64,000 nt of DNA from assembly GCA_964188305.1 (NCBI GenBank), contig OZ076897.1; one strand, written 5' to 3'. Each line of letters starts with the position of its first letter. Position 1 is the first letter of the stretch. This DNA comes from Podarcis bocagei (Eukaryota). Shown here one piece after another: positions 33,241-47,093 of this stretch. The translations under genes were made by a program, and so were the position numbers. Below the pieces are notes generated by a model. It had not been told where the DNA came from, did not search any database, and saw nothing but the letters and a program-made list of their open reading frames with translations.

Positions 33241-36200
33241 AGGGATGTTCTTTAATATATGCGGGGTTCACACTGTATAGTTTATAGATAAGAAGGTGAA
33301 CTTGTCACGCTCTAAATGTTGGGGGACTACAGTTTCCATTCTCCCTGTCCATTGGGCATGCTAGCTGGGGCTGATGGGAGTCATAATCCAATAACATTTG
33401 GAGGACCTCGGGTTCCCCTGACCGTGACTGGCTGGAATAAACAGCAGCTGGTAGAATCCATATTACTGTTCCTTCCTTTCTATTCTTCTAGCATGAATAG
33501 CAGAACAGTACCACAGAACTGGAATTTCAAAAAGCTGTGTCTTTATTCCTGCCCCATTGCTTTAATCTTAAAATGGATACCAAATGAAAGTCGTTCGAAA
33601 ACTGTATACAGCAGCTGTGACTTGTTGAGTCAATCACAATACAGGATATTTTTAAACCTGTTTTAAAATAGTATATAAAAGAGCCATCTGAAGAATATTG
33701 AGTTTCATAACAGGCAGGAATTATTCAATAACCTTCTCCCAAATAGGAGTAACAGCTTCTGGATCTTCAAAGAAGAATCCTGAGCTTAAGAAAAGAGATC
33801 TTATGCTGTTTAAAATCAGGAAACATGTAGAATAAGGAACTCTTTTTGGTCTACCTTAATAGCTTGTGGGCTAAGGAAATGACCTCCACAGCTGTCAAAG
33901 TTTAGCTTATATAGGGGTGGAGATGAATTTTTCTCCCTGTAAATATAAAAACTTTGAGAAATCTAAACTCTTGTGATCTGTATTGCTAGTGTGACTAGGT
34001 TATTCATACTTAGAGTGCAATTCAGTTAGGATCAGTTAGCCAACTTGGTGGCTTCCAGCTTTTGTGAATCTGCTTCTCTTAACTGTGACTGGCAGGGCTT
34101 GGTGGGAGTTGGAGCCCAACAACATCTAGAGGACCACATGATAGTCAAACACACACCCGCACATTCAGGTTGTGCAATGACAACTGATTAATGCTCTTTT
34201 GCAGTAACCCCCTTCCCCTAACTGCCCAGCCCAAAAGATAAAGGGATGACAAAATGCGCCAGAAAGTGCGGAATAACAATTACTTAACACAACACCATCT
34301 AATCTCTCTGCAAACTAAATCAGAACGAATGCTCGATAAATAACTGACGTTGTCTAACCTTCCTGCAAGGTTTGTGCAAGCAAATCAGGATGGATGCTCT
34401 ATACAGTTCATCTGGTCCGAATAGAACTGGAGCTTCTTTTCTTCTGCCTGTGGCTGGCTTCATTACGGAGGAATAAGCCTAGCACTTAGAAATAGGAATG
34501 GTTTGCACTGCTGAACTCGGTTAGCAAAGCATTACCTAATGCTAAAAGAGCATCAGTGGTGTAGTAAAGCTACTTGGAAGAAATGGAAAACATTAAAACA
34601 AAAATATAACTCCCTTTTAAGAAATCAAGCTCCTGAGCATGTGGGGGAGCTCAGATTTCTTGCACAGCTTTCTGAAAATAAAATAAAATGAGCTGGTTTT
34701 GAATATAGCTTGCTATTCTGCTTTGCCATTGTGAATGTGTGTGTTTTTTCTTCTCCCTTTTAAAAAAATATTATTCGTCTATTAGAAGACAACAGCTTCT
34801 CTCGTCATTAGGAATGCCTTTGGGGGAAAAGCAACTCTAAAACAACCTCATTTGGAACACCCCTGGTGCATGAACTCTTTATAGAAATGACATGTTATCA
34901 GTTTGAAAGGATACTAGCACTTTGAGTAAACACTGATCTGTAAAAATAGAGATTATGCAGTTAATAACATTTAATATTTTGGTATCTCAACCTCCTCCTG
35001 TGTAGATCGGCCTGGGATAGATATGTTTGTTTACTTGCTGCATGTGAAAGTTCATTCTCAGTATCAAGTTTGTTTGGTCCACTAACTTTGTTAACCTTTG
35101 CATTCACTTGTATTATTTGGTGTCGTTCCATGAGTAGCCCGGATAGAAATGGTTACATTGGGGTTAAAGGTCATAACCATTACGGGATTTCAAGTTAAAA
35201 TACACGGTGCTTTTTTGAGGATCAGAGTCTGTTTATTTTCTTTGTGAGAATTTCTATGAAGAAGATTATTATAATATATAAACCATCTGGTTGAGCTTTA
35301 ATACCTACCTCATTTCTTAATGAAATAACAATCCAAAACTTTACCGAGAAGCAGCTAAATTCCAACGAGAACGGCAGGGCTTGATATTCCGCAGTCACCG
35401 CTTCTTATGGAAATTCAATTAACCAGAAGTGGGAAGAAATCAGTGCATGGTGCCAATATATTTATTAAAAGTGCTGCCACTCTTCATATTGCACCGCAAA
35501 TTGAGAGTTTTACAATATTTCAAAAGGATTATTTTATGTTGCATTAACATAGCCTTCAAACACACATGACCGTGAAATTCCCTTGTGTCATACGTTGCTG
35601 TCGAATGTAATTTTTTTTCTTTTTTAGTCAAAACACCAAATAACATTTTTAAGGTCTCATAAAATGATATTTATATCTTTAAAACATTGCATTCCTAATC
35701 ACCAAGCCGAGATTCATAGCGCTCAAGAGACACTGAAATCACTGCTTAGAAACAGTATTTGCTGACTTCACCAGGGTAACAGTTTAATCCTTAAAGTAAT
35801 CAACTTTCACCCTCGTCTTTGGGTCTCCTTGACTTTTAAGTTCTCCCTCGCTTTTTCAGAGGGGGGAAAGAGGCCTGGTGCTAGGCGACAGCTATTATTC
35901 TCCTCCATGGGATAGTCCACTTCATTCAGACAAGTAATATCATCTTCTATTTACACTCATTTGAAGCAAGTGCACAGAGGTCAGCCGCCGGTACACTCTG
36001 AAGTTACACCAAAGCAAAAGGGAAAGCCAGGGCAGCAGGAGACAGCAGGGTTTTGAAACCAGAATAACCTGGGAAGCAGATACTGCATGCTTATTTATTT
36101 CTTTTATTTGATCCTTCAGGGGAAAAAGAAACAGACGCACACACGGAAACATCCAAATCCCAGTGCCATGTCGTCAAAGGATTTCACACAAACTTAAGCA

Positions 36201-36773
36201 GGGTAAATGGAAGATGCAGCCCTGGGCATTATTCCTTTCTTGCCCATCCATAATGCCTTAGGGCTAATCTTGGCAAGCATATCCCAGATAAGGAATGTTC
36301 AAAATATAATGCAAAAAAAAAAAGTATCATCCGTGTGTGGGTTGGTGGAAACTAACAAAGATAACTTGGAATGACAAGAAGCGGGGCTATCCACCCAAAA
36401 GGAGGAGTGATTTTTTAAAAAATAAAAAAAATATATGCAACATGGAAGTCTGTGTAGCAAAATTTCCACCCAAGATCACCATTGTAAGTTGCTTTATACT
36501 GGTTTTAATATTGTGACTCATCTAGAGACCTTACAGGGTGAAGAGCAGGCAATAAAATATTATCATCCTGGCTGGCCAAGGAGCATTTTTTAAGTCTTGG
36601 TAAGGTGACAATAACTTTGGATAACACATGCCTCTGTAGCAATGTGCACAATGGAAGGATTTAACACTGAGCAACAACTTTATTGCACGATCGAGTGAAA
36701 TTTCATTTATATGCTGCTTTTTCTCTGAGAACAACACACATGGGATTATACCTTCTTTTCTCCTATGAACCAG

Positions 36774-36920
36774 AGGGATAGCTCAGTCAGTAGAGCATGA
36801 GACTCTTACCCTCAGGGTCATGGGTTGGAGCACCAATGTGGGGTGAAAGATTTCTGCATTGCAGGGGGTTGAACTAGATGACCCTTGTGGGCCCTTCCAA
36901 CTCTACAAGTCTGTGATTCT
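36774..36920 (+). mobile_element. tRNA(Lys)-derived SINE with CR1-like tail
   Basis: GGATAGCTCAGTCAGTAGAGCATGAGACTCTTA..CTCAGGGTCATGGGTT head and GGGGGTTGAACTAGATGACC...CCTTCCAACTCTAC tail. Same family as 441-579. Confidence 0.8.
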
Positions 36921-37361
36921 GAGATAGATGGGGTCCACCCTGAGATCAGCCAGTGAACATCACAGCTGAGCAGCAACTTAAACCCAGAACTTTCTGTTTC
37001 AAAGCCACCACTCTGATCGCTACAAAACAGTGGTTAACACAAAATCTCTAGCATTGAATGATGCACTTAGTCAGCACTATGTGGAAAAAAAGTCTGACAT
37101 TGTGGGCATTGTTCAGAAAACATGGCTAGCCAATTCCCATCTAATTCCCATCAGCCCAAGCCGGCATGGTCAATGATCACAGATGGTGGAAGTTGTCATC
37201 TAACAGCGCTACATTGGCTACACACCAATGACAACTCTATACAGTTCTAGATTCAGGTAGGTAGTTGTGTTGGTCAGACACAGTTGAAATAAATTAAAAT
37301 AGTAAAAAAAAAAAAAAAAAAATGCCCAGTAGCACTTTAGAGACCAACTAAGTTTGTTCTG

Positions 37362-37402
37362 GGTATAAGATTTCGTGTGCATGCACACTTCTTCAGATAC
37401 AC
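37362..37402 (-). ncRNA. Minimal hammerhead motif (stem III palindrome mutated)
   Basis: Minus strand GUAU-CUGAAGA-A-GUGUGCAUGCACAC-GAAA-UCUU-AUAC. Confidence 0.65.
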
Positions 37403-38052
37403 TGAAACAGAAGTCACCAGACCCTTATATATAGTGGGAGGGTGGGATGGGGTTTTTCTCAGAAGTAGGAGACGGGTGATTGACTCATTGGGTATGGTAA
37501 ACCTCTTGACGACTGTTAACGACTGCAATTAGTCCTACAGGAGAAAGCAAGTGATAGCATGCAGATGACCAAAAATAGCTTTAGCATATGTAATGAGACA
37601 AGAATGCAGTACCTCTGTACAGACCAGGTCTCTCCATAGTTTTCGGTTTAGTAATAAGTTGTAATTCAGCAACTTCTCTTTCAAGTCTATTTCTGAAATT
37701 CTTTTGTACTAAGACAGCTGCTTTGAGATCCTGTATTGAATGCCCTGGGAGATTGCAAGTGTTCTCCTACTGGCTTCTCTGCCTTGTGGTTCCTGATGTC
37801 AGATTCATGTCCATTTATCCTTTGGCGTGGGGTTTGGCCTGTTTGTCCAATATAGAGAGCTGAAGGACAGTAGGAGAACACTTGCATACTATCTCGTCAT
37901 CTGCATACCATCCCTTGCTTTTTTCTGTAGGACTAATTGCCATCGTTAACAGTCGTCAACAGGTTTACCATACCCATTGAGTCAATTACCCATCTCCCAT
38001 TACCCCACTCCACCCTCCCACTGTATATAAGGGTCTGGTGACTTCTGTTTCA

Positions 38053-38093
38053 GTGTATCTGAGAAAGTGTGCATGCACACGAAAGCTTATACC
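38053..38093 (+). ncRNA. Minimal hammerhead motif (core mutated)
   Basis: GUAU-CUGAGAA-A-GUGUGCAUGCACAC-GAAA-GCUU-AUAC, with the CUGANGA core disrupted. Confidence 0.6.
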
Positions 38094-39777
38094 CAGAACA
38101 AACTTAGTTGGTGTCTAAGGTGCTACTGGACTTTTTTTAAAAAAAGAAAAAAAAATCTATACAGTTCTGTTCATTAACCTGATTTTACTAGCTACTCTAT
38201 TCTGTTCAGTCATTGTTGAATAATATGGCCAGTATCCACAAACTGTAATGGGAGCTCTTGGTAATTTAACCACACCAGCTAAATGTGTGTATGGTTGTTT
38301 AAAGAAAAGTTGCTAATATTTATGTTTAGCATGCCAGTTTCCAAACGGCATTCACCGTTTCCAGTGGAACAGGTGTCTTTTCTTTCATTCATAAATTCAT
38401 TCAGAACTGCAAGTGCATATCGGTAGCAGCTACTACTATATAGGTGAACTGCAATGGATCGGCAGCACTCACTAACCAAAGCTCCAATTCTATTCATAGT
38501 TACTTGGGAGTGTTGCATAGAAATTATTGGGACTCGCTTCTGAGCAAATATGGACCAGATCAGTGCTGTGAGCCATTTAGTGCTTTGCAATGTCAGTCGT
38601 CTGCACAAAATCCTTTCATGCAGGCTAAATATTATTTAAAAGATATCAGAAGGCAATTTCCTTTCCTAAATCATAGGCAGACAAATCTTCTGACTTATAT
38701 GCTACATTGCCATATATTCAAAGCAGTCTCTATCACACACATGATAAAACATGGCCAATACCATCTGCCAATTTGCTGTATCACCAACCCTCAGATTACT
38801 CTCAGGATTGACAATCTGGATCTGCTCTGTTCAATCAGCACTGTAATGAGAATCCAACCTTATTATCTCCACTGACAACATTAGGGAATGCTGTAAGTGT
38901 GGTGCAGTAAGAGGCCATTTTCTTTCTTTCTGTCCTGCAACAGAAATTTCAGCCATAGCTCAGCGATAGAGCACATGTCTTGTATGCTCTGCAGAACGGT
39001 CCAGCTTCCGTCCTGATCAGCTTCAGCTAGAAGACCATTGGTATATCTGGAAAGGTTCCAGGAGGCCTGAAAAGCCACCACAAGTTAAAATAGACATTGC
39101 TAGCTTAGATAGACCAACAGTCTAACTCATTGTATAGGTAAGAGAATCTAAGAGCCACGTGCCACTTTAAAGACAAACATGTGTAAGCATAATCTTTAAA
39201 GGACCATGGTCCACTTTGGCAGATCAAGGAAGGCATATGCAACAATAAATAGATAGTCTTGAAGGTGTTATAAGACTTTTTGTTCTTCTTGTTGCAACAA
39301 ACTAACACAGTTATTGTTCTAGAAATCAGTATAGGGCCATCATCATCATCTGCCCATCTGACTGGGTTGCTTATCAGGACAAAAACTGTGTGTGTGATAG
39401 AGAGACAGAGTAGCAGGGAGAGGGAGAGAGAGGAATTAGCTTCATATTAGTGCCAACAGGGCTGGCCCAAGACATTTTGCTGCCTGAAGCAAAGGACATG
39501 ATGGTGCCTCTACTCCACTTTATGTGCGCAACACCTATTAGACTGACAGCCAGGTGTTACTTGAACTCTGTTGGTGTCCTCCACTGTATCAGAGGGCAAG
39601 AGACTAGTTTAGGTGGCACAGGGCAGGGTGTCTGGCAAACATAGACGTGTCCTCCAACATCTGAGGCAGTTACCTCACTCTGCTCAATGGCAGGGGCAGT
39701 TCTGACTACAGAAAAATGTGGAATTGACTTGAGCACCACAAGTTACTCATATTGGCCTACAGACACATAGGCTGCAA

Positions 39778-39872
39778 GGCTGCAATCCTATGCACACTTC
39801 TCTGGAGAAAAGTCCCATTGAACTCAGTGTGGCTTGCTTCTGATTAGAGTCATGTCTAGGATTGCACTGTAA
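39778..39872. repeat. Short palindromic interspersed repeat
   Basis: GCTGCAATCCTA...CCCATTGAACTCAGTG...TAGGATTGCACTG, with inverted ends. Confidence 0.65.
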
Positions 39873-41979
39873 GTTAATAATGCTCTCTCCTTGTATTGCC
39901 ACACTATTCCTTTCCAAAGTTAAGGCTCAAAGTAGAGAGTACTAACTGATACATCTATGTAAATTCTGCACATGACTTCTGTGGGTTTACATAGTTGATT
40001 TTGAACACAAAACATTTCTTTTTGGGGACAGAATATGGATCTTTTACAGTTTTGGATGTATAGTGTGAAGAATTTTGCCTATTGGCTTCAGATGGGCTAG
40101 ACTAGTATTAAATGGATTATTTATTGCTCCCTTGGTTAAATAATGCAGAACACAGAAGCAAGTTATACAATACCCTTCTTAGTCAGGCATGGGATGTAAA
40201 GTTATAGTATAATGGTTGTCACACAATTCTTTGGAACTCCACCCAAAAAGGAGATTCCTCTGGTGTGTTAATAAAGTTTGATTTAATGAGCCCATCATTC
40301 TCTTTCTACTTCTTGAAACCAGTAGCAACCATCGGATGCCAAATCAATAACTGAGCAGAGCGGGTTGCAAAATGGAAACTCTCGTCTATAAAGTACTACA
40401 GTGTTTTGAGATTTATTTTCATTCCTAGTTAGGGTGAAAAGTTCACCAAGCAGAGAATTTTTAGGCAGGAGAAAATTTTCAGGGAAAAATCAGTTTAGTT
40501 GTGAGTTAAAGCAAACATAACCCTAAGTGTGCTGCTTCAAGTCAACTCAGAAAAAGTGAAATGAAAAAGGCACTTCCTGATACATCATAGGTTTACTGCA
40601 GTGTCTGCAACAGAAACCAGCATGTTGAAAACCAATGAATGAAAATATATATTTTTTGGAGGGGGGGTGTCATTTACCATTATGGAATTCATTGACCTGT
40701 GGTTGTTGGAAGGTTATCAATTGCTCAAAAACAGTTAATAGAGATCATCCAGATTTTCATAGTTCTCTACAAGATGGAAGCATAAGTGGGTAATAAAATA
40801 ATGTATCTTTCTTAGACATTTCTTTTAATTCTAGAATACCAAATTATAGAGTCTTGTGCTAGCTAGCTAAATGATTTTGTCCACTGAGAGTTGGATCAAT
40901 GCTGACCAAAGCTGGAAACAGGCAATAGTTTTTAAGAGAGCTGAAAGCAAATTCCCCTTGTTTTATTCTTCTGTCTGGTGAAATATATTTTGCAGAGAGG
41001 AGACTACAGAAATGGATGTGACCAAAGATGATAGTGGAACAGAAATTCTGAAAAAGCCTTAGTCTTCAGAAAATTGCTGGGTGTAGTTTTCAATATAAGA
41101 AAGGGAGGAGGATGGGATAAGTATAACGTATTGATCTTATTAGATCTTTCTTTAGCATGAATTGGTGGTGCAGAGCTGTGCCTTTAAATATTTTTCGGCA
41201 GCTGCAACTGTACTTGATGAAAAGCGACAGCAGCCCTGTTCGTGCATAAGGAAAATATTGGAGAATACCTTTTTTTTACTAGATGTAGCAAGAAGCTCAC
41301 CTTGTGACAAGCGTGAACTACCAAAAGCAAACAATTTTGGTGCTGAACTATTTCCATTGCCCTCTAGGCACAATGCAAAAATGGCTGGCTTTAATTTGAA
41401 ACTCATTTGTGCCTTTACTTCACTGGTTTGGTCTACAGCAATACTCGCTCCATAGTAAATTACAAGAAGTACCAAAGCAGCCTTAAAAGGTGAGAAAGTG
41501 TCACAGAGCTGTTAAATTTTGTATTTTTCGACGAGGGTTCTTACCTAGGATTTGCGTAACAATATGACTTGCATGCTTAAGTGATTACAAAGGCTTGAAC
41601 TCCCCGTCTCCATTTTGAGCATATTATTTTTAGGTCTACCAAGAGATTTAAGTAAACATTACTGCATTCACCTGTACAATCTGCACAGTTCTTCCAGTAA
41701 ATTAATCCGTTTGCACTTCAGTCCTTGTTCGTAGAAATTGTTCCACTGATTTTAAGGGTGAATATATCCAAGTAAAGGATATATTCCAGACATTACTTTT
41801 GGCCATTTTCCTCATTCAGCGGAGAAAAGGAGACTCAAACGAACAACAAAGCAGGCGATCTGGGACCTCGTGGTTTTCAGTTATGGCAACATCTATGATT
41901 TCAAAGGAAGCTTAATGCTTAGGATTGCAATCTGTCCTTAAGCAAAAGTTTAATTCTGGAAGTATTTATTTACTTGGAG

Positions 41980-41982
<3 letters not shown>

Positions 41983-42018
<36 letters not shown>
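41983..42018. repeat. (AC)n microsatellite
   Basis: Perfect dinucleotide run. Confidence 0.95.
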
Positions 42019-42020
<2 letters not shown>

Positions 42021-43181
42021 CTTTCATCCAGGGCTGCACCAAGACTTTTTGCTGCCTGAGACAAAGTTCCCATCCAAGTTGAGTGTCCAGGTTATTTTGG
42101 CACCCCAGGTAGAAAAACTGACAAATGCCTCTCCCCCGTCTGGCAGTCAAAATACAACCGCCATAACAAAATATCAAACCCATTCCTGTCCTTTCATAAG
42201 GGCTAGTCTAGTTCTGACCTAAAGCACAAGATTATCGGGGTTGCCAACAGTGCCCATGGATATTAGTGTGCCCGCTGGTACTTCCTGTGGCACGTGAAAA
42301 TCTCAGTAAAACATTCCCTCAAAAATCCACAAGGCATGAGTGACTGTACCTGCTCAGTCCTGTTTACATTGGCTCCTCCTCTCCTACAGTTACAACATAT
42401 AGAGCGCAACAGGCTGAATGGTAATGTTTGTAACAAATTTCTTTACAGTACTAGTTACTTCCTAACGTACGAATCAAGTCCAGGATGTACACCATATACA
42501 ATCCTTAAACAAGGTATATAACCTATTTAATTATATCCAATGCAGATATATTTCTTCCTTTCTTAATACTTTCTTGTTTGAGTTCATATATTACACAGTC
42601 CTCAAATGTGGTTAAGGAAAGGTCCCTGGAATGTCACGGACAATACAGTCAATGAGGTCGGCTAGCATAGGTAGCAAACACAGGCAGGCTGGCTCAGTGT
42701 CTTGTAACTTGTAACTATTGCATCTGCGTAACAAGGTATTGTATTTGTTTTGACCCTCCTCTCCTACATGCTGCCATAGCAGCCATTTTGTGCTATGTTG
42801 CATCCCACCGCAGGCATTTTGTGACAGATGCACACAGCACTTTGTCAACATTCCAGGTATGCCCATTGGCCCAATCCCTGCACAAGAAGAACTTGGTGGA
42901 TCTGACCATGGGTCTATCTGATCCAGAATTTTGTTGTCACTGTTGTCAAGCAGGTGCCTATGGGGAAAATACCAACAGGACACGAATGCAACAAGCCTGT
43001 CTTGCTGATTATTCCCAGCAACTGGTGTGCACTTAATATTGGAGGTAATTTAGTTATCATGACGAGTATCCATGTCTAGTAATCTATTGTCCTATCCTCT
43101 GTGAATTTGTCTAATGCTTTTGAATGAATTTCTCAGGGGAGGGTGTGTGGAGAGAAGAGGTGATTTTTTTAAATCTATATA

Positions 43182-43396
43182 CAGTGATACCTTGGGTTAA
43201 GAACTTAATTCATTCTAGAGGTCCGTTCTTAACCTGAAACTGTTCTTAACCTGAGGTACCACTTTAGCTAATGGGGCCTCCCACTGCCGCTGCGTGATTT
43301 GGGTTCTCATCCTGAAGCAAAGTTCTTAACCCAAGGTACTATTTCTGGGTTAGCGGAGTCTGTAACCTGAAGCGTCTGTAACCTGAGGTACCACTG
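43182..43396. mobile_element. Tigger-like MITE, family B (reverse orientation)
   Basis: TA-flanked, same family as 13213-13430. Confidence 0.9.
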
Positions 43397-46300
43397 TATT
43401 ATACTGTACCCCCGCACACACCTTTGGTGCTATGGTGGAGATCCGAAAATGCAGTTTGTGGTAGGAATTGCCAGGAAGTGAAGACCCCACTAATTTTAGC
43501 CTATAAACTTCAATGTCTTGCAAGAAGGAACTAGAAATATATCTGTCACACAAAGCAGCAGGTCCTTTCCAGCCTCTCCCCGCTCCCCTGCCTTCTATCT
43601 GAGTTCCTTCCAGTCAGTTCACTATTATCCCTCACACAAACAGCATCAAAAGTTACATTCAAAGAAAGGAAGTAGCACAAGATAAATGTCTGAAAATAAA
43701 GCTTGCTACTGGAAAATGTACTTTAAAAGTTTCCACATGGCTGTAAAAATCTTTCTCCTGGGAAAAAAGAGGCACTTGATCATGAAATAAGCAATATGAA
43801 TACGTTTGTCTCAAGATAAAACTTCTATGGCTTTTGCGTCGGTGTATTACTGTTATTTAACTCACCACCCCATATGTGCCTATAAAACTCACTGCAGTTT
43901 TTATTATATTTTACTGAGCAGTGTTCAGCTTTGGGTATTGGAAGGAGTACTTTTATTTTTATTTTAAATGTCAACTTTTGTACAATATCTAGACCTGTTG
44001 TGTAAATGGTAAGTGCCGTATTCTTAGAAAACAAGCAGGTAGACCATTGGGGGCGTATTTTATCCATTTATTAAATTTGTATTCCATTTTGTAATACTGC
44101 CTCCACCTTTTGCTTTCTAACTTTGAAGGTGCCCCACTGACTTACTTTAAAAATAATAATCATGAAAGCTTAGAGTTCAGTCCTGCTTTGGGGGAAGTAA
44201 TGAATGTGAAGATGAATCAGAAATCATTCACAGCTCTACCCCAAAGTGAACTTAATTCACCTTTAGTTCAGTCAGCAACTATAGGAACTCCTTTCAGGTG
44301 TAGTACAGCAATTCCCCCCACCCCTTTCAACTGGACTAGTTAATTCTAATATTGGTTTTGCCTGGGGGTGCCTGAGTTTGTTTGTTTACCTAAACTTCCT
44401 ACACATGGTGAATTGGGGCTGTGGCGCAGGGTGGCTGGGTAGATTTAACCCTTTGCCCCATCACAGTTCAGATCCTGCTTCCCTTGCTGCTGCAGCAATT
44501 TTTGTTTAAAATCATGCACGTCAGGTCACACCATGTGAATAACATCACATGTAGGTTGCCCATGAATAAACATGCATTGGATTGTGCTGTAAAGTGGGGA
44601 GGAAAGGGGAGGAGGATTGCCAGGCCAAGACTGTAGAAATAAAAGGCCAAACAGATGTTACATAGCTCATCTCATTGGTCTGAAATGATAACTAAAATCA
44701 GCCCAACTTTTGTACTGAAAAGAATAATCAGGGATTGGTTCAAGCAATCTCTTCTGTCTTCAGGATACTTCCACCATTTGTAAACAGCCCCACCAACCTC
44801 TTCACTCTTTATGAAACCACACACATGGCATATGTGTCTTGTGCTATGTTATTATTTGGGCTTGATACTAGGAGGCAGGGACTGGTGAGTCATCATGGGC
44901 AATGGGATCCATTTCTGACTCTGGGAGATAAATTGATTCACTACAAGGGTCATTTGTAGTATCTTCGTAGGCTTTCTTCCTTTCACTTAGCAATCGCTGT
45001 TCCATCAGGTTGAAGAACAGAGTTGCCCCCTCTCACTGAGTGGCAACCATTCCATCAGACTGCCTGAGTCATTTCTGTTCCAGTGGGGCCTTTTATCAGC
45101 TGTAACTTGAAGAACTGTTGCCTGAGCTTGCCTTTCCCTTCTCCTTTCACATCCTTTTTTCCTTGTGTGCCATGCCTTTTAGTGCAGCGACTATCCTGCT
45201 GCCTTTTGTAAGCCACTCTGGGAGCTTTTCTGGCTCAAGAATGGGATGGAAATCTTGAAGTAAATAATAATTTATAGACAATGCGGTAGAAAATGAATTT
45301 GATGACCAATAGTCCCTTTCTTCTCCATGCTGGAATGCACATTTTTGCAAGACTTAAAGTGAACTTCCCCTCTTGTTTTCCCCTCATTTTGCCCCTTGTA
45401 TTGTATAGTTTAGTTTTAAGAGAGACTGTTTACTTCCAAAAGCCTGTCCTGGCACTTTTCTCACAACGTGCTAATTACAATGTCTTTGGTACTCCTTTTG
45501 CCGGCTGCATCTGTGTTTACATATCTTCTGTGATCAGTCAGAGGCCTGCTCTGGGGCCTTTCAGCTCCTTTCAAAGCTAGTCCTCCAGGAGTTTAACCAA
45601 ACTCTGCATCGCTAAGATCAGTTACTCCCAGGAGTCTTCCCTGGTCAATTTCTACCATCCACTGACATTTTGACATAAATAGGCAGGCAAGCGCTCCCTA
45701 GTCTGGAGATATGAGACTTGGGAAAGTGTGAATTCAAATGACTGTTGATAAATTGCTCTATAAGGCCTTCACTATTAATTTCTGTCAGTAGACAGTAAAA
45801 TGGCAATGGCTGCTCAATATGGTTCCAAAAACAACACTTTCTGCTGCGGAGCAGAGCATACAACACTGACAGATTGGAATTAATCTCGCTCAATTGGATA
45901 TTGAGTGCTATCTAAAATTACACAGCTGGTGTTGAACAGAGGTATTGTTCCCTCTCCAGTTTATGAAATATAAACACAGGCAGGATCATGCCCCTCTGAT
46001 TGGCTTGCAGAGGGGACGTTGGCTTTCTCCGGACATTGCAGGGAAAGGTCATTGCACACTATGGAAACTTGCAAAGGAATGGGACCAGAGTGGCTCAGTA
46101 AGGATGTCAAGACTTTGGGAGGGGGAAATAGGTCCATTTCTCATTTGCACACGCTGACTCATTCAAATAACTCAAAATCTGAAGTTTCCCACTGACTAGC
46201 AATGAAGTAAAAACAAAGGTTGCCATAGCCTTTTTTTTAAAAAAAAACACCACCAACATGATTCATTGTATGGGTTGGGTTTTCTTCTTTAAAACACTAT

Positions 46301-46689
46301 ACAAAATTCACAAATTGTGGCATGGCCTTAAAGCCATGCTTAGAAAAACTTAGCAAGTTGCTAGCATGTTGTGCAAGCTTATGGCTGAGCTGTAATGGTA
46401 AGAAATGCCATTAACAACAGCTGGTGAGAGCAAATGATCATTTGGGACTTGAGCACACAGAGACAGGCGGACCTTACCTGGCATAATTGGGAAAGAAATA
46501 TTTAACTCTGAACACAAGCTCTGGAGTTTAAGTATCTCTTTCTTCCCACCACCTTTGTCACATGTCTGTCATTAAAAAAATGGTCCTCACATACCAAAGA
46601 AGGGGAGATTATTTGAATGAAAAATCTTTTTACTCTCTCTTCTCACAACTGCCATTTTCAACATAGCTTGAAAAGAGTGCTTCTAATGT

Positions 46690-47050
46690 GATGGGCATTC
46701 GGTGGTTTTGTTTGCACAGCCATGGTGTTTTTTTTAACAAATCATGAGTTTTCCCACAGATGATCAAACAAAAGCATGGTTTGTTTCTTCAAAGTTTGGT
46801 AAGTCATGCAGCTGCTCTTGCCTCATGCATTTGTGCAGAGGGTGGTCGAACAAACAAAACCATGGCTAAAGACTGGTGCCAGATTTGCACATTACACCAA
46901 GGCATAGTTAAAACAAACCGAGGTTTGTAAGCAAATCGTAAGCCATGGCTTCAAATCATAGTTTGCTGTTAGTAAATAAGCCATAGCTATGCCACCGGGC
47001 ACAGTTCAGATGATCAAACAAGCCATGGTTTATTAGTATTATGTGAGAAC
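46690..47050. repeat. Cluster of degenerate AAACCATGGTTT/AAGCCATGGCTT palindromes (old MITE-like repeats)
   Basis: Repeated CCATGG-centred palindromic motifs, with CAGATGATCAAACAA present twice. Confidence 0.5.
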
Positions 47051-47093
47051 CAGGTCAATGAAATATTGAGGAGATGGCTGGAGTAACAGCATA

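Larger units (their letters stand above)
37249..38155 (-). mobile_element. Penelope-like element with inverted pseudo-LTRs
   Basis: Minus-strand ALYIGQTGQTPRQRINGHESDIRNHKAEKPVGEH carries the GIY-YIG YIG motif. Arms 37326-37569 and 37896-38129 are inverted. The flanking direct repeat TCTATACAGTTCT is at 37236-37248 and 38156-38168. Confidence 0.92.

Noticed and set aside
36774-36850. tRNA gene (also 441-500 and 6190-6262)
   Set aside because: The T arm and acceptor stem are degenerate and the sequence runs into a CR1-like tail, so these are SINE heads.
38444-38875. 143-aa ORFs here and at 58445-58876
   Set aside because: They have non-ATG starts, no recognisable domain and no convincing exon structure, and are expected by chance.
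45924-45936. Partial matches to miRNA 5' ends (AGCTGGTGTTG, miR-138-like; TCCTTCATTCCA near 60578, miR-205-like)
   Set aside because: The matches stop after 11-12 nt and I see no precursor hairpin.
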